From an uncultured Actinomycetota bacterium (GTDB lineage: Bacteria > Actinomycetota > Actinomycetes > JAHEKZ01), in contig CAVQYR010000001.1 of assembly GCA_963718235.1 (NCBI GenBank), positions 1,216,001 to 1,280,000 of the forward strand: a DNA stretch of 64,000 nt. Reading direction: 5' to 3'. The notes beneath the pieces are model-generated. The model was not told the DNA's origin. It saw nothing but the letters and a program-made list of their open reading frames with translations, and did no database searches. Of the stretch, positions 45,893 to 57,738 are shown piece after piece; position 1 is the first letter of the stretch; each line of letters starts with the position of its first letter. Both the position numbers and the translations under genes were made by a program.

Positions 45893-46225
45893 GTGCTGCA
45901 GGTGGTCACCCGGTACTGGCTCGCCGACGACGACGCCGCGTTTCGCGACGAGGCGGCCGCCGCAGTCGCCGTCCTGGCTCGGCAGGAGGGGTACCTGGAC
46001 GGTTCGGTGGCCCGCAGCGTCGACGAACCCGAGCTGTGGGTCGTCGAGACCCGTTGGTCCACCGTCGGCGACTTCCGTCGTGCCCTGTCCGTCTTCGACG
46101 TCAAGGTGTCCGCCGTACCGCTGCTGTCCCGGGCGGTCGACGAGCCCTCGGTGTTCGAGGTGCTGCACCGCCGTGACGCCCGGGGCCCGGTCGACTCGGC
46201 CGTCCGACCGCGCCGGGTAGCCTGA
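45893..46225 (+). CDS. Antibiotic-biosynthesis-monooxygenase-like protein
   Basis: GYL....RSVDEP..W...W..VG.FRRALS..VK...DEPS.FE; precedes glyQS. Confidence 0.8.
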   Translation: MLQVVTRYWLADDDAAFRDEAAAAVAVLARQEGYLDGSVARSVDEPELWVVETRWSTVGDFRRALSVFDVKVSAVPLLSRAVDEPSVFEVLHRRDARGPVDSAVRPRRVA

Positions 46226-46282
46226 CGCCTCACGCCAATACCCCTCCGGCACCCAGCCGGACGGAGCGAGGAGCGCACCACC

Positions 46283-47659
46283 GTGGCCGCCGATCTCATC
46301 GACAGTGTCGTCTCGCTGTGCAAGCGACGAGGCTTCGTCTTCCCCTCCAGCGAGATCTACGGCGGCCAGCGGGCCGCCTGGGACTACGGGCCGCTGGGCG
46401 TGGAGATGAAGGACAACGTCAAGCGGCAGTGGTGGCAGTCGGTCGTGCGCGAGCGCGACGACGTGGTGGGTATCGACACGTCGGTCATCCTCGCGCCCGA
46501 GGTCTGGGCGGCGTCCGGCCACGTCGAGGCCTTCGTCGACCCGCTCACCGAGTGCACCGCCTGTCACAAGCGCTTCCGGGCCGACCAGCTCGAGGAGGTC
46601 TTCGAGGTCAAGCACAAGCGGGCCCCCGAGTCGCTGGCTGAGGTCAACTGCCCGAACTGCGGCAACAAGGGACAGTTCACCGAACCACGCATGTTCAACG
46701 GTCTGCTCAAGACCCACCTCGGCCCGATCGAGGACGGCTCCGGACTGGCGTACCTGCGGCCGGAGACCGCCCAGGGCATCTTCATCTCGTTCGCGTACGC
46801 CCAGCAGGTGTCGCGCAAGAAGCCTCCGTTCGGGGTCGCCAACATCGGCAAGTCCTTCCGCAACGAGATCACGCCGGGCAACTTCATCTTCCGCACCCGC
46901 GAGTTCGAGCAGATGGAGATGGAGTTCTTCGTCCAGCCCGGAAGCGACGAGGAGTGGCACCAGTACTGGATCGACGCCCGGCTGGCCTGGTACCTCGACC
47001 TGGGGATCAAGTCGGACAACCTTCGGTTGTATGAGCACCCGCAGGAGAAGCTGTCGCACTACTCCACGCGCACGGTCGACATCGAGTACCGGTTCAGGTT
47101 CGGCGGTCAGGAGTTCAGCGAGCTCGAGGGCATCGCCAACCGCACCGACTACGACCTGAAGACCCATGCAGCGAAGTCCGGTGTCGACCTGTCGTTCTTC
47201 GACCAGGACGCCGGTGAGCGTTGGGTCCCGTACGTCATCGAGCCGGCCGCGGGAGTGAACCGGGCCATGCTCGCCCTGCTCCTCGACGCCTACGCCGAGG
47301 ACGAGGCGCCCAACGCCAAGGGTGGGGTCGACAAACGCACCGTCATGCGGTTCGACCCGCGGATCGCCCCGGTGAAGGCCGCGGTCCTCCCGCTGTCGCG
47401 CAACGCCGACCTGTCGCCGAAGGCCCGCGACCTCGCCCTGCAGCTGCGCAAGCGCTGGAACGTCGACTTCGACGACGCCGGTGCGATCGGCCGTCGCTAC
47501 CGCCGCCAGGACGAGATCGGGACGCCGTTCGCCCTGACCGTCGACTTCGAGACCCTTGACGACGACGCGGTCACGATTCGCGAGCGCGACTCGATGGAGC
47601 AACGCCGGGTCGGGCTGGCCCAGGTTGAGGCGTTCCTGCAGGAGCGACTGCCCGGCTAG
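46283..47659 (+). CDS. glyQS: Glycine--tRNA ligase (alpha2 type)
   Basis: [54 protein letters not shown]. Confidence 0.97.
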   Translation: MAADLIDSVVSLCKRRGFVFPSSEIYGGQRAAWDYGPLGVEMKDNVKRQWWQSVVRERDDVVGIDTSVILAPEVWAASGHVEAFVDPLTECTACHKRFRADQLEEVFEVKHKRAPESLAEVNCPNCGNKGQFTEPRMFNGLLKTHLGPIEDGSGLAYLRPETAQGIFISFAYAQQVSRKKPPFGVANIGKSFRNEITPGNFIFRTREFEQMEMEFFVQPGSDEEWHQYWIDARLAWYLDLGIKSDNLRLYEHPQEKLSHYSTRTVDIEYRFRFGGQEFSELEGIANRTDYDLKTHAAKSGVDLSFFDQDAGERWVPYVIEPAAGVNRAMLALLLDAYAEDEAPNAKGGVDKRTVMRFDPRIAPVKAAVLPLSRNADLSPKARDLALQLRKRWNVDFDDAGAIGRRYRRQDEIGTPFALTVDFETLDDDAVTIRERDSMEQRRVGLAQVEAFLQERLPG

Positions 47660-47680
47660 GTTCGGCTAGCTCCGGCTAGG
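47651..47680. repeat. 10-bp tandem repeat x3 containing CTAG
   Basis: CCCGGCTAGG TTCGGCTAGC TCCGGCTAGG. Confidence 0.75.
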
Positions 47681-48152
47681 TGCGCGGGGGCGGGCTCTCG
47701 ATGCTGGCGAGGTCGGCCTCGACGATCGCCTTGTCGTCGGGGTCGGCGATCGTGGCCGCTGCCGCGGTCGCCTCGCGGCGGTACCGCTCGGTGAGCTCGG
47801 CGTCACCGGCGACGGAGGCCGCCCGGGCGAGCGCCTCGTAGGCGAAGGCCAGGTCGAAGTCACCGATCCCGTGCTGCTCGCACAGGTCGAGGCAGCGTTG
47901 GGCGTGGTGCCGGGCCGGCTCGGCGCGCCCGAGCAGCGCGTAGACCCGTGACACCTGCCACTCTCCGCGGGCCCGGTGCACGGGGGTACCGACGATGCCC
48001 CAGTGGTGACGGGACGCATGGGCGGTGTGGACGAGCTCGTCGTCCTGCTCCGGAGTCCGGTCGGGGGTGTCCATCAGCGCCCAGGCGTCGTTGAAGGACT
48101 TGACGGCCAGGGCGCGGTGCTGCTCGGGGGTCACGGTGACGTCGTCGCTCAT
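47676..48152 (-). CDS. Hypothetical all-helical (TPR-like) protein
   Basis: FN.AW, AHASR.HW, RGEWQVSRVY, FDLAFAYEALARA; -10-like GATACT 6 nt before ATG. Confidence 0.8.
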   Translation of the reverse strand: MSDDVTVTPEQHRALAVKSFNDAWALMDTPDRTPEQDDELVHTAHASRHHWGIVGTPVHRARGEWQVSRVYALLGRAEPARHHAQRCLDLCEQHGIGDFDLAFAYEALARAASVAGDAELTERYRREATAAAATIADPDDKAIVEADLASIESPPPRT

Positions 48153-48184
48153 GGACCCAGTATCCCCGCATGCGACGATGAGGG

Positions 48185-49348
48185 GTGTCCATCACCGCCA
48201 CGCAGGGGGTCCACGCGCCCCCTGCCGAGCCGCTCACGCTCGGACGGCTGATCGTCGACCCCCCGGTCGTCCTGGCCCCGATGGCGGGGGTCACCAACGC
48301 CGCCTTCCGCCGTCTGTGCCGCGAGCAGGGGGCTGGGCTCTACGTGTGCGAGATGATCACCTCCCGCGGGGTCGTCGAACGCGATCGCAAGACCCTGTCG
48401 ATGCTCACCTTCGACCCGTTGGAGGAGGTCCGGTCGGTCCAGCTGTACGGCGTCGACCCGCACCACGTCGGCGAGGCCGTGAAGGTGCTGGCCGGGGACC
48501 ACGGCGTGGCGCACGTCGACCTGAACTTCGGGTGCCCGGTGCCGAAGGTCACCCGCAAGGGCGGGGGTGCTGCCCTGCCGTGGAAGCGCGACCTGCTCGA
48601 GGCGATCGTGCGGGCGGCCGTGCGCTCCGCCGCGGAGTACGACGTACCGGTCACCGTCAAGACCCGCCTGGGCATCGACGCCGACCATCTCACCTACCTC
48701 GAGGCGGGGCGGATCGCCGAGGACGCCGGGTGCGCCGCGATCGCCCTGCACGGGCGCACCGCCGACCAGCACTACTCCGGCCACGCCGACTGGCGGCCGA
48801 TCGCCGAGCTCAAGGCGCACGTGTCGATCCCGGTCCTGGGCAACGGCGACATCTGGGAGGCGGTGGACGCCCTGCGCATGGTGGCCGACACCGGCTGCGA
48901 CGGGGTGGTGGTCGGGCGTGGGTGCCTGGGGCGACCGTGGCTGTTCGGCGACCTGGCTGCGGCGTTCGCCGGGCGTGAGCAACGTTCCCAGGCGCCACGA
49001 CTCGGTGAGGTCGCCGCGTGCGTGCGACGGCACGGGGAGCTGCTCGCTGAGCTGATGGGCGAGCCGCGCGGGCTCACCGACCTGCGCAAGCACATGGCTT
49101 GGTACTTCAAGGGGTTCGCCGTGGGGAGTGAGCTGCGGGCCGCGCTGGGCCAGGTCAGCGCCCTCGACGAGCTCGACGGCCTGCTGGCCCGGCTCGACCC
49201 GGCTCAGCCCTACCCGGTCACCGAGTTCGGTGTTCCGCGCGGGCGCCAGGGCTCGCCCCGGCGGGTGGCCCTGCCCGAGGGCTGGCTCGATGACCGGCGG
49301 ACGGCGTCACTGGGGGCCGACGCCGAGCTCGACGTCAGCGGTGGATGA
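48185..49348 (+). CDS. dusB: tRNA-dihydrouridine synthase B
   Basis: LAPMAG, DLNFGCP, HGRT, GNGDI, GRGCLGRPW, RKH. Confidence 0.95.
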   Translation: MSITATQGVHAPPAEPLTLGRLIVDPPVVLAPMAGVTNAAFRRLCREQGAGLYVCEMITSRGVVERDRKTLSMLTFDPLEEVRSVQLYGVDPHHVGEAVKVLAGDHGVAHVDLNFGCPVPKVTRKGGGAALPWKRDLLEAIVRAAVRSAAEYDVPVTVKTRLGIDADHLTYLEAGRIAEDAGCAAIALHGRTADQHYSGHADWRPIAELKAHVSIPVLGNGDIWEAVDALRMVADTGCDGVVVGRGCLGRPWLFGDLAAAFAGREQRSQAPRLGEVAACVRRHGELLAELMGEPRGLTDLRKHMAWYFKGFAVGSELRAALGQVSALDELDGLLARLDPAQPYPVTEFGVPRGRQGSPRRVALPEGWLDDRRTASLGADAELDVSGG

Positions 49349-49429
49349 GGGGACAAAGGCCCGTACCGACGGTCCCGGTTCGTGCGGACCATAGAGTGAG
49401 GACAGGCCGCAACCGCGAAGGGGTCCGCG

Positions 49430-52117
49430 ATGCCGTACGTGTTCGGGTTCGCCGAAGGTGACAAGGACAAGAAGGAGCTGCTCGGGGGCAAGGGGGCAAA
49501 CCTCGCCGAGATGACCCGGCTCGAGCTGCCGGTTCCCCCGGGGTTCACCATCAGCACGCAGGCCTGCCGGGCCTTCCGTGATCTGAAGGAGCTCCCGTTC
49601 GGCCTGGTCGACGAGATTGACGACCACCTCGGGCGCCTCGAGCGCACCATGGGCCGGCTCCTGGGCGACGCGGAGAACCCGCTGCTCGTGTCGGTGCGCT
49701 CCGGCGGCAAGTACTCCATGCCGGGGATGATGGACACCGTTCTGAACATCGGGCTCAACGACCAGTCGGTCGTCGGTCTGGCGACCCGCACCCGCGACGA
49801 GCGATTCGCCTGGGACTCCTACCGGCGGCTGGTCCAGATGTTCGGTCGCACCGTGCTCGAAGTCCCCTCCGACCGGTTCGAGCAGACCATCGACGCGGTC
49901 AAGCTGCACCGTGGGACCACCGACGACCTCGACCTCACCGTCGACGACCTGCACCATCTGGTGGAGGCGTTCACGGCGACGATCAAGGAGTACACCGGCT
50001 TCTCGTTCCCGCAGGACCCGCGCGAGCAGCTGCGGCAGGCGGTGATCGCGGTCTTCCGTTCGTGGGACGGCGACCGGGCACGGCTGTACCGCAGGCAAGA
50101 ACGCATCCCCGACGACCTCGGCACGGCGGTCAACGTGCAGACCATGGTGTTCGGCAACCTGGGACCGGACAGCGGCACCGGCGTGGCGTTCACCCGTGAC
50201 CCGGCGACGGGGCAGACCGGCAGCTATGGCGACTACCTGTCCAACGCGCAGGGTGAGGACGTCGTGGCCGGCATCCGCAACACGATGCCGCTCTCGGAGC
50301 TGGAGTCCCTCGACCCGTCGTCCTACCGCGAGCTCGTGAACATCATGGGCGTGCTCGAGCGGCACTTCCGCGACATGTGCGACATCGAGTTCACCATCGA
50401 GCGCGGTCGGCTGTGGATGCTGCAGACCCGGATCGGCAAGCGGACCGCTGAGGCGGCGTTCCGGATCGCCGTCCAGCTGGCCGACGAGGGCCTCATAGAC
50501 ATGGACGAGGCACTGGAGCGGGTCACAGGGGCACAGCTCGCCCGGCTGATGTTCCCCCACTTCGACAGCTCGTCGGGCGCCGAGCCGCTGGTCCAGGGCG
50601 TCGGTGCTTCGCCGGGTGCCGCGGTGGGCCGTGCCGTGTTCGACAGCAAGCGAGCGGCCGTGCGCGCGGTCGCGGGCGACGCCGTCATCCTGGTTCGGCG
50701 TGAGACCAACCCCGACGACCTCGGCGGCATGATCGCCGCCCAGGGGGTACTGACGAGCCGGGGCGGCAAGACCTCGCACGCCGCAGTGGTCGCGCGCGGC
50801 ATGGGCAAGCCTTGCGTGGTCGGCGTCGAGCAGCTCGACGTCGACGTGGTCCAGCGACGCTTCACCACCGGCGACGGGGTCGTGGTCAGCGAGGGCGACC
50901 TCGTGTCGATCGACGGAACGACGGGCCTCGTCTACGTCGGGGCCGTTCCCGTGGTTCCCTCCCCGGTCGTTCGCTACTTCGACGGGCTGGACACCGACGC
51001 GAGCAGCGACCAGCTGGTGCACGCGGTCGACCGCCTGATCGGTCACGCCGACAAGCGCCGCCGGCTCGGGGTCAAGGCCAACGCCGACATCGCCGTCGAC
51101 GCTGCCAGGGCACGCCGTTTTGGCGCCGAGGGGATCGGTCTGGCCCGCACCGAGCACATGTTCCTCGGTGACCGCAAGGACCACGTCGTCCGACTGGTGC
51201 TCGCTTCCGACGACCAGGCTCGCCAGCTCGTCTACGACGACCTCCTCCCGCTGCAGCGGGCCGACTTCGCCGGCCTGCTCGAGCCGATGGACGGTCAGAC
51301 GGTGACGATCCGCCTGCTCGACCCGCCGCTGCACGAGTTCCTTCCCGACGTCACCGAGCTGAGCGTCCGGGTCGCGTTGGAGGACGCGCGCGGCCGGACC
51401 ACCACCGAGCACCACCAGCTGCTCGACGCGGTGCGTCGCATGCACGAGGCCAACCCCATGATGGGGCTGCGCGGCGTTCGGCTCGGGCTCGTGCTGCCGG
51501 GCCTGTACGCACTGCAGATCCGGGCCGTGGCGGAGGCGGCGGCCGACCTCATCGCGGCGGGCGGCGACCCCCGTCCGGAGATCATGGTTCCCCTGGTGGC
51601 CACGGTGACCGAGCTGGAGCGGGTCCGTCACGAGGCCGAGCAGGTCATCGAGCAGGTCGCCGCCGAGCGGGGCGTCCGGCTGGACATCCCGATCGGCACG
51701 ATGATCGAGCTCCCGCGCGCTGCGTTGACGGCCGGGGAGATCGCCCAGGCTGCCGACTTCTTCTCCTTCGGCACCAACGACCTCACCCAGACGACCTGGG
51801 GGTTCAGTCGCGACGACGCCGAGGGCGCGTTCTTCACCACCTACCTGGAGGCGCGGATCTTCGCCGTCTCACCCTTCGAGTCGATCGACGAGGACGGGGT
51901 CGGACGGCTCGTGGCGATGGCCAGCCAGACTGGGCGCGAGGCCAAGCCCGAGCTGTCCCTGGGCGTCTGCGGTGAGCACGGGGGCGACCCTGCGTCGATC
52001 CACTTCTTCCACCGGCTCGGGCTCGACTACGTGTCGTGCTCGCCGTTCCGGGTACCGGTCGCCCGGCTGGAGGCCGGCCGCGCCGCCCTGTCGGTGGAAG
52101 GCAGCGACAGTCGTTGA
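49430..52117 (+). CDS. ppdK: Pyruvate, phosphate dikinase
   Basis: [32 protein letters not shown] (phospho-His), [16 protein letters not shown]. Confidence 0.97.
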   Translation: MPYVFGFAEGDKDKKELLGGKGANLAEMTRLELPVPPGFTISTQACRAFRDLKELPFGLVDEIDDHLGRLERTMGRLLGDAENPLLVSVRSGGKYSMPGMMDTVLNIGLNDQSVVGLATRTRDERFAWDSYRRLVQMFGRTVLEVPSDRFEQTIDAVKLHRGTTDDLDLTVDDLHHLVEAFTATIKEYTGFSFPQDPREQLRQAVIAVFRSWDGDRARLYRRQERIPDDLGTAVNVQTMVFGNLGPDSGTGVAFTRDPATGQTGSYGDYLSNAQGEDVVAGIRNTMPLSELESLDPSSYRELVNIMGVLERHFRDMCDIEFTIERGRLWMLQTRIGKRTAEAAFRIAVQLADEGLIDMDEALERVTGAQLARLMFPHFDSSSGAEPLVQGVGASPGAAVGRAVFDSKRAAVRAVAGDAVILVRRETNPDDLGGMIAAQGVLTSRGGKTSHAAVVARGMGKPCVVGVEQLDVDVVQRRFTTGDGVVVSEGDLVSIDGTTGLVYVGAVPVVPSPVVRYFDGLDTDASSDQLVHAVDRLIGHADKRRRLGVKANADIAVDAARARRFGAEGIGLARTEHMFLGDRKDHVVRLVLASDDQARQLVYDDLLPLQRADFAGLLEPMDGQTVTIRLLDPPLHEFLPDVTELSVRVALEDARGRTTTEHHQLLDAVRRMHEANPMMGLRGVRLGLVLPGLYALQIRAVAEAAADLIAAGGDPRPEIMVPLVATVTELERVRHEAEQVIEQVAAERGVRLDIPIGTMIELPRAALTAGEIAQAADFFSFGTNDLTQTTWGFSRDDAEGAFFTTYLEARIFAVSPFESIDEDGVGRLVAMASQTGREAKPELSLGVCGEHGGDPASIHFFHRLGLDYVSCSPFRVPVARLEAGRAALSVEGSDSR

Positions 52118-53370
52118 CCCGTTCTGCCCCTGGCGAGCAGGATCGCGCCGAGTACGACTCGGTCGACTGCGCCCGGCTCGTGACCGAACCGGCGAAGCCG
52201 TCCGGGCGCACACCGTTCGAACGTGACCGGGCCCGGGTGCTGCACAGCTCGGCGCTGCGCCGGCTCGCGGCCAAGACCCAGGTCGTCGTCCCGTGGGAGA
52301 GCGACTTCCCCCGCACCCGACTGACCCACTCGCTGGAGTGCGCGCAGATCGGCCGTGAGCTCGGGCAGGCGCTGGGCTGTGACCCCGACCTGGTCGAGGC
52401 GGCCTGTCTGGCCCACGACCTGGGTCACCCGCCGTTCGGTCACAACGGCGAGTCGGCACTCGACGAGGTCGCCCAGGTGTGTGGGGGCTTCGAAGGCAAC
52501 GCGCAGAGCCTGCGGATCCTCACCCGCCTGGAGGCCAAGGTCGTCGACGACGGCGTCAGCGTGGGGCTCAACCTCACCCGAGCCACCCTGGACGCCGCCA
52601 CCAAGTACCCGTGGCCGCGGCGTCCGGGTGACACCAAGTTCGGGGTCTACGACGACGACCTCGAGGTCTTCGCCTGGGTCCGCAGCCGGTCACCGGGGCA
52701 GCGCCGCTGCGTCGAGGCGCAGGTGATGGACTGGGCCGACGACGTCGCCTACTCGGTGCACGACTTCGAGGACGCCGTCTTCGCCGGCCATCTGCTGCTC
52801 GACTCGCTGCACGACCAGGACGAGCAGCACGACCTGGCCGCCCTGGCCGCCGACCGGTACGCGGTCGGCGCCGACCCGGGCGCGCTCGTCGCGGCGCTGC
52901 AGCGTCTGCTGGCGACCTCGATGTGGCCGCAGAAGTTCGACGGGGGACACCAGGCGCTGGCCGGGCTGAAGCACGCGTCGAGCCAGCTGATCGGACGCTT
53001 CTGCTCGGCGGCGGAGTCGATGACCCGCGACAAGCACGGTGACGAGCCGCTGCATCGCTACGGCGCCGACCTCGAGGTGCCGGACGACACGCGCCTGGAG
53101 TGCGCGATGCTCAAGGCAGTCACGGCCCGGTACGTCATGGGACGTGCCGGCGCGGAGGCCAACTACTCACGCCAGCGCGAGGTGATCCACGGGCTCACCG
53201 ACGCCCTCCTGGCCGGTGCGCCGTCCGTTCTGGAGCCGCTGCACCGGGAACGCTTCGCTGTCGCAGATGACGATGTCGACCGGCTGCGCGTGGTGATCGA
53301 CCAGGTGGCGTCGCTCACCGACCCGGCGGCGCTGGCGTGGTATGCCCGGCTCACCGGACGGACTCCTTGA
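52114..53370 (+). CDS. dgt: Deoxyguanosinetriphosphate triphosphohydrolase
   Basis: [48 protein letters not shown]; TTG overlaps ppdK stop. Confidence 0.95.
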   Translation: MTRSAPGEQDRAEYDSVDCARLVTEPAKPSGRTPFERDRARVLHSSALRRLAAKTQVVVPWESDFPRTRLTHSLECAQIGRELGQALGCDPDLVEAACLAHDLGHPPFGHNGESALDEVAQVCGGFEGNAQSLRILTRLEAKVVDDGVSVGLNLTRATLDAATKYPWPRRPGDTKFGVYDDDLEVFAWVRSRSPGQRRCVEAQVMDWADDVAYSVHDFEDAVFAGHLLLDSLHDQDEQHDLAALAADRYAVGADPGALVAALQRLLATSMWPQKFDGGHQALAGLKHASSQLIGRFCSAAESMTRDKHGDEPLHRYGADLEVPDDTRLECAMLKAVTARYVMGRAGAEANYSRQREVIHGLTDALLAGAPSVLEPLHRERFAVADDDVDRLRVVIDQVASLTDPAALAWYARLTGRTP

Positions 53371-53834
53371 CTCCGATGGAGCCGTTCGAGGTCCGTGGGG
53401 TTGGCGTCGAAGTGGTCCGGCCGCTGCGCCACGCCGTCCTGCGCGGCCCGGAACGTCCGCTCAGCGAGTCCTGCTACCCGCAGGACGACGGGGAGGAGAC
53501 GGTCCACCTCGCGGTCCTGCAGGGCGGCGTGGTCGTCGCCTGCGCCACGTTCTTCCCGGAGGCCCACGACGGCACGCCGGCGTGGCGACTGCGCGGCATG
53601 GCCACCGACCCGGCCCACCGCAGAAGGGGTCTCGGTGGCGCGCTCCTGGAGGTCGGGGTCGGCCTCGCCGAAGGAGCCGGCGTTCCCGTGCTCTGGTGCA
53701 ACGCCCGCACGGCGGCACTCCCGTTCTACCGCAGCCACGGGTTCGAGACTGTCGGCGAGGAGTTCGTCACCGCGGCAGGCGTGCCGCACTTCGTGGCGGT
53801 GCTTCAGCTGTCGAGGAACGGCACGTCGACGTAG
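53367..53834 (+). CDS. GNAT family acetyltransferase
   Basis: LRHAVLR, LRGMAT...RRRGLG, WCNAR...FY..GF; start TTG 53367 or ATG 53376. Confidence 0.88.
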   Translation: MTPMEPFEVRGVGVEVVRPLRHAVLRGPERPLSESCYPQDDGEETVHLAVLQGGVVVACATFFPEAHDGTPAWRLRGMATDPAHRRRGLGGALLEVGVGLAEGAGVPVLWCNARTAALPFYRSHGFETVGEEFVTAAGVPHFVAVLQLSRNGTST

Positions 53835-54895
53835 GGCTTGCGGTCCGGGGGCCCGGCGGCGATCCGGACCCGTACCGGGTCGTCGAGCTCGGCGATGATC
53901 GAGCCGAAGGTGAAACCGTCGTCGCGCCAGCGGCCGGGGAACATGCAGATGCCGGACTCGGTGTCGGCGAACAGCGCCTCGAGGTCGTCGACGTCCAGCT
54001 GCGGGGTCGCCTCCAGGGTCGAGCCGAGATGCGCGAGGCGGGGCTGCGACGACGTCGTGGCCCACTCGGTCGGATCCTGGCTCGCGGGGTCCAGGGGTCC
54101 GCGGTAGGCCAGTGGATGGTTGGTGTGCCAGCGACGCGTCTTGTTCTCGGTGTCGTTGGTGTACTCGACGACCACGCCGGCGCCGCACTCGAAGCCGCGC
54201 ACACCCTCGCGGGTGGTGACGGTGTAGGACTGGCCCGAGGCGTGGGGCAGCCGGTGCAGCACGTCGACGGCGTCGTCCAAGGATCTCTGGGCGAGCAGCG
54301 CGCGCAGCACGAACGCGACGGGGACGCCGTCGGGGTCGACGGGCAGCTGTTCCAGGGTGTTGACCAGGACGACGAGCCCTGCGTCGTTCGCGCCGCAGAG
54401 TCCGACGAGCCCGGCGCGGCTGAGCAGCACCTGGCGGGGTGCGTCGTCCGGCGCCAGCCGGAGCGCCACCTGGGTGCCGTCCATCCAGGTGTCGAGGTCC
54501 ATGGTCTGGCCCGCCACGCCCACATGCCGGTCGTCGCCGCTGCTGGCGACCACGCTGCACCCGGCCCCGTGGGTTCCCCACCACCACGCCTCGTCGAGGC
54601 AGTTCGTGGCGAACACCACGTCGACGTCCTGACCGGCTCCCGCAGCGATCGCCTCCACCTCGGTCGCCAGCCACGGCAGGTGACGCTCGACCGCCCGCCA
54701 GAAGCCGGCCCGCGCGAACAGGTCGGTGACGAGCTCGTCGAGGGACCTCCCGTCCGCGGCCAGGGCAGCCCGCCACTGGTCGAGCCCGGCGGTGATCAGG
54801 TCGGCCGCCTGGTCGCCGTGGCTGCTGCCCAGCTGGTAGGGGTCGCCGGAGGCGGAGACCCGGCGGATCCCGGACAGGCTCGTGGGGTTGGTCAT
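53804..54895 (-). CDS. C45 family Ntn peptidase/acyltransferase
   Basis: G..HG, autoprocessing site G-CS, GQTMD, GANDAGL..LVN.L, HTNH. Confidence 0.82.
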   Translation of the reverse strand: MTNPTSLSGIRRVSASGDPYQLGSSHGDQAADLITAGLDQWRAALAADGRSLDELVTDLFARAGFWRAVERHLPWLATEVEAIAAGAGQDVDVVFATNCLDEAWWWGTHGAGCSVVASSGDDRHVGVAGQTMDLDTWMDGTQVALRLAPDDAPRQVLLSRAGLVGLCGANDAGLVVLVNTLEQLPVDPDGVPVAFVLRALLAQRSLDDAVDVLHRLPHASGQSYTVTTREGVRGFECGAGVVVEYTNDTENKTRRWHTNHPLAYRGPLDPASQDPTEWATTSSQPRLAHLGSTLEATPQLDVDDLEALFADTESGICMFPGRWRDDGFTFGSIIAELDDPVRVRIAAGPPDRKPYVDVPFLDS

Positions 54896-54969
54896 CCCAG
54901 CATTGTGCTGGTACCCAGCGGGGAGTGAGGGGCGGGCCCGCCGATGGGGCTCGACCTAGACTGCGAGAC

Positions 54970-56871
54970 GTGCCCCGCATCCGCCACGACGACATCGCGC
55001 TGGTGCGCGAGCGGGCGCCGATCGCCGACATCGTGGGAGAGCAGGTCACCCTGCGCAACGCGGGCGGGGGCAGCCTCAAGGGGCTGTGCCCTTTCCATGA
55101 CGAGAAGTCGCCCAGCTTCCACGTGACCCCGAGCAAGGGGCTGTACTTCTGCTTCGGCTGCCAGGCCGGGGGAGACGTGATCGACTTCGTGCGGCGGATC
55201 GACCACCTGGACTTCAACGAGGCGGTCGAGAAGCTGGCCGCCCGGGCCGGGGTCCAGCTGCGCTACGAGGAGGCCGGCGTCGCGCCGCGGCGTCAGGCCG
55301 GTGAGCGGACCCGCCTGCTCGAGGCTCACCGCGAGGCCGCCGCGTTCTACGTCGAACAGCTCTCGACTGCGGAGGCGGTGGTCGGTCGCACGTTCCTCGA
55401 CGAGCGCGGCTTCGACGCCGACGCGGCTTCGCACTTCGGGGTCGGCTTCGCTCCAGGCGGGTGGGACGTCTTGACCCGGCACCTGCGGGGCCGTGGTTTC
55501 ACCGACCGCGAGCTGACCGTGGGTGGGCTGGCCAAGGAGGGGCCGCGTGGGCTGATCGACCGGTTCCGCGGCCGGCTCGTCTGGCCGATCCGTGACATCA
55601 CCGGCGACACCGTTGGTTTCGGGGCGCGCAAGCTGCTCGACGACGACCCCGGACCCAAGTACCTCAACAGCGCCGAGTCGCCGATCTACCGCAAGAGCCA
55701 GGTGCTCTACGGCATCGACCTGGCCAAGCGCGACATCGCCAACCGTCGTCAGGCGGTGATCGTCGAGGGGTACACCGACGTCATGGCGTGCCACTTGTCC
55801 GGCGTCACCACTGCGGTGGCCACATGCGGCACGGCGTTCGGTGAGGACCACCGCAAGGTGCTGCGTCGGCTGCTCATGGACGCCGACACCTTTGCCGGTG
55901 AGGTCGTCTTCACCTTCGACGGCGACGCGGCAGGGCAGAAGGCCGCCATGCGTGCCTTCGAGGACGACCAGAGGTTCGTCTCGCAGACGTTCGTGGCCGT
56001 CGAGCGGCACGGGCTTGACCCGTGCGAGCTGCGCCAGCAGTACGGCGGCGACGCAGTGGTGGCGCTGGTCGACCAACGGGTGCCGCTGTTCGAGTTCGCG
56101 ATCCGAAGCGCGTTGGCCGGGCAGAACCTCGAGCTGCCGGAGGGGCGGGTCGCTGCGCTGCGGGCCGCAGCGCCGCTGGTGGCCCGGATCCGCGACGTGT
56201 CGCTGCGCCCGGAGTACGCCCGCTCGCTGGCCGGGTGGCTGGGCATGGACGTCGGCCCGGTGCTGGCCGCGGTCAACCAGGCGATCCGGACCCCGCAGCG
56301 TTCGAGGCCTGCGCGCGCGGAGCCGGCAAGGCCCGAGGCGGCCGAGCAATCGGCCACGCCCGCCACACCCGCCACATCCGCGCGGCTCGAGCGCCCCGAC
56401 CCGCGCGATCGGCGGCTGCTGGTCGACCGCGAGCTGTTGAAGCTCGCCGTCCAGCACCCGGACCTCGTCGGCGAGGCGTTCGACGCGATCCCGCCTGGTT
56501 CGTTCGCCCATCCCGCGTACCGCGCGGTGGCGGAGGCGGTGGCGGTGGCTGGTGGAGTCGAGGCGACGAGCGGTGGGGAGGCGTGGGTGGTCGCCGTCCA
56601 GCAGCACGCGGCTGACGACGTGATCCGTGGGCTGGTCACCGAGCTCGCGGTCGAGCCGGTGCGCGCTGACGGTCCGCTCGAGCATCGCTACGCCCGCGAG
56701 CAGCTTGCGTCGATCCGGGTCCGGGCCGTCGACGCACGGATCGAGGGGCTGCGGTCGACCCTGCAGCGGCTGGACCCCGCGGCCGACGAGTACACCGCGG
56801 TCTTCGGTGAGCTGGTGGCCCTGGAGCAGCAGCGGCGCCAGCTGCACGACGAGGCGTTCGGCGAGGGCTGA
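54970..56871 (+). CDS. dnaG: DNA primase
   Basis: [11 protein letters not shown]...CFGC zinc finger, KYLNS, VEGYTDV, FDGDAAG, DP. Confidence 0.97.
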   Translation: MPRIRHDDIALVRERAPIADIVGEQVTLRNAGGGSLKGLCPFHDEKSPSFHVTPSKGLYFCFGCQAGGDVIDFVRRIDHLDFNEAVEKLAARAGVQLRYEEAGVAPRRQAGERTRLLEAHREAAAFYVEQLSTAEAVVGRTFLDERGFDADAASHFGVGFAPGGWDVLTRHLRGRGFTDRELTVGGLAKEGPRGLIDRFRGRLVWPIRDITGDTVGFGARKLLDDDPGPKYLNSAESPIYRKSQVLYGIDLAKRDIANRRQAVIVEGYTDVMACHLSGVTTAVATCGTAFGEDHRKVLRRLLMDADTFAGEVVFTFDGDAAGQKAAMRAFEDDQRFVSQTFVAVERHGLDPCELRQQYGGDAVVALVDQRVPLFEFAIRSALAGQNLELPEGRVAALRAAAPLVARIRDVSLRPEYARSLAGWLGMDVGPVLAAVNQAIRTPQRSRPARAEPARPEAAEQSATPATPATSARLERPDPRDRRLLVDRELLKLAVQHPDLVGEAFDAIPPGSFAHPAYRAVAEAVAVAGGVEATSGGEAWVVAVQQHAADDVIRGLVTELAVEPVRADGPLEHRYAREQLASIRVRAVDARIEGLRSTLQRLDPAADEYTAVFGELVALEQQRRQLHDEAFGEG

Positions 56872-56876
56872 GCAGC

Positions 56877-57393
56877 ATGCGATGGCCCGGACGATCCGGC
56901 CTGACCCCGGAGCTGCGCGATGCTTTGGAGACTCCAGCCGGGGGAGCGGGTCCTGGCTGTCGCCCACGACCCGGACGGTCGAGCAGTCGTAGCGACCGAC
57001 CGCGACCTGATGCTGCAGCGCCGACCGCCGACGTACGAGCGGATCGGCTGGGAGACGATCGACAAGGCGACGTACGCCGACGGAGTCCTTCGGGTCACCC
57101 GGGTCGACGAGTCGGGGGTCAGTGGGGGTGCGCTGAAGATCCCGCTGCCGGACCCCGGGTCGTTCCCGGTCGTCGTCCGTGACCGGGTAACGGCCAGCAT
57201 CGTGGTGAGCCAGCCGGTGACTCTGGCCGAGGGCAAGGCAGCGCGGGTCGTCGCTCGCCGGCGTCCTGACCTCGACGCCTTGGCCTGGGGCTACGTGCTC
57301 GACCCCGGGGTCGACCCGGCCGACCCGGGCGTCGTCCGGGCGGCTCAGGCGGCGGTGGCCTCGGTGCGGCTGGAGGCCGGGATCGACGGGTGA
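56877..57393 (+). CDS. Hypothetical protein; apparent +1 frameshift near 56928 (intact ORF 56920-57393)
   Basis: MRWPGRSGLTPELRDAL joins RLQPGERVLAVA...WETIDKA...VRDRVTASIV if one G of TTGGAG is removed. Confidence 0.65.
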
Positions 57394-57430
57394 GCCCGGC
57401 TGATATTCTCGCGGCTGCTCGTTCGCACGG

Positions 57431-57503
57431 TCCCGCGTAGCTCAATTGGCAGAGCAGCCGGCTGTTAACCGGCAGGTTACTGGTTCGAGTCCAGTCGCGG
57501 GAG
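57431..57503 (+). tRNA. tRNA-Asn(GTT)
   Basis: TCCCGCG/CGCGGGA acceptor, anticodon arm GCCGG-CTGTTAA-CCGGC, GGTTCGA; CCA not encoded. Confidence 0.97.
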
Positions 57504-57568
57504 CTTCGTTTGGGGATCTCCGCAGGTCGGGTCCGCGTCGGGTGAACGTGCGGGCCATCAACCGGGCG

Positions 57569-57592
57569 CGGTACGGCAACCGGTACGGCAAC
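57569..57592. repeat. 12-bp direct repeat, probable integrase arm-type sites
   Basis: CGGTACGGCAAC x2 between the tRNA and the integrase stop codon. Confidence 0.65.
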
Positions 57593-57617
57593 CAGCCGAA
57601 GGTGACGGTGGATTGTC

Positions 57618-57737
57618 CTAAATGAGTGCATCGGAGAGCCGCTTGATCGCCTCGATGTCGGCTCCGGGGAGACTGTGACCGTAGATGTCTAGGGTCGTGC
57701 TTGATCTCGAGTGACCGAGGATCGTGGAGACGGTCAG
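57618..57737 (-). pseudogene. Tyrosine integrase C-terminal remnant (39 aa), not in ORF track
   Basis: LTVSTILGHSRSSTTLDIYGHSLPGADIEAIKRLSDALI*: LGH box plus catalytic Tyr, pointing toward tRNA-Asn. Confidence 0.85.
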
Positions 57738-57738
57738 T

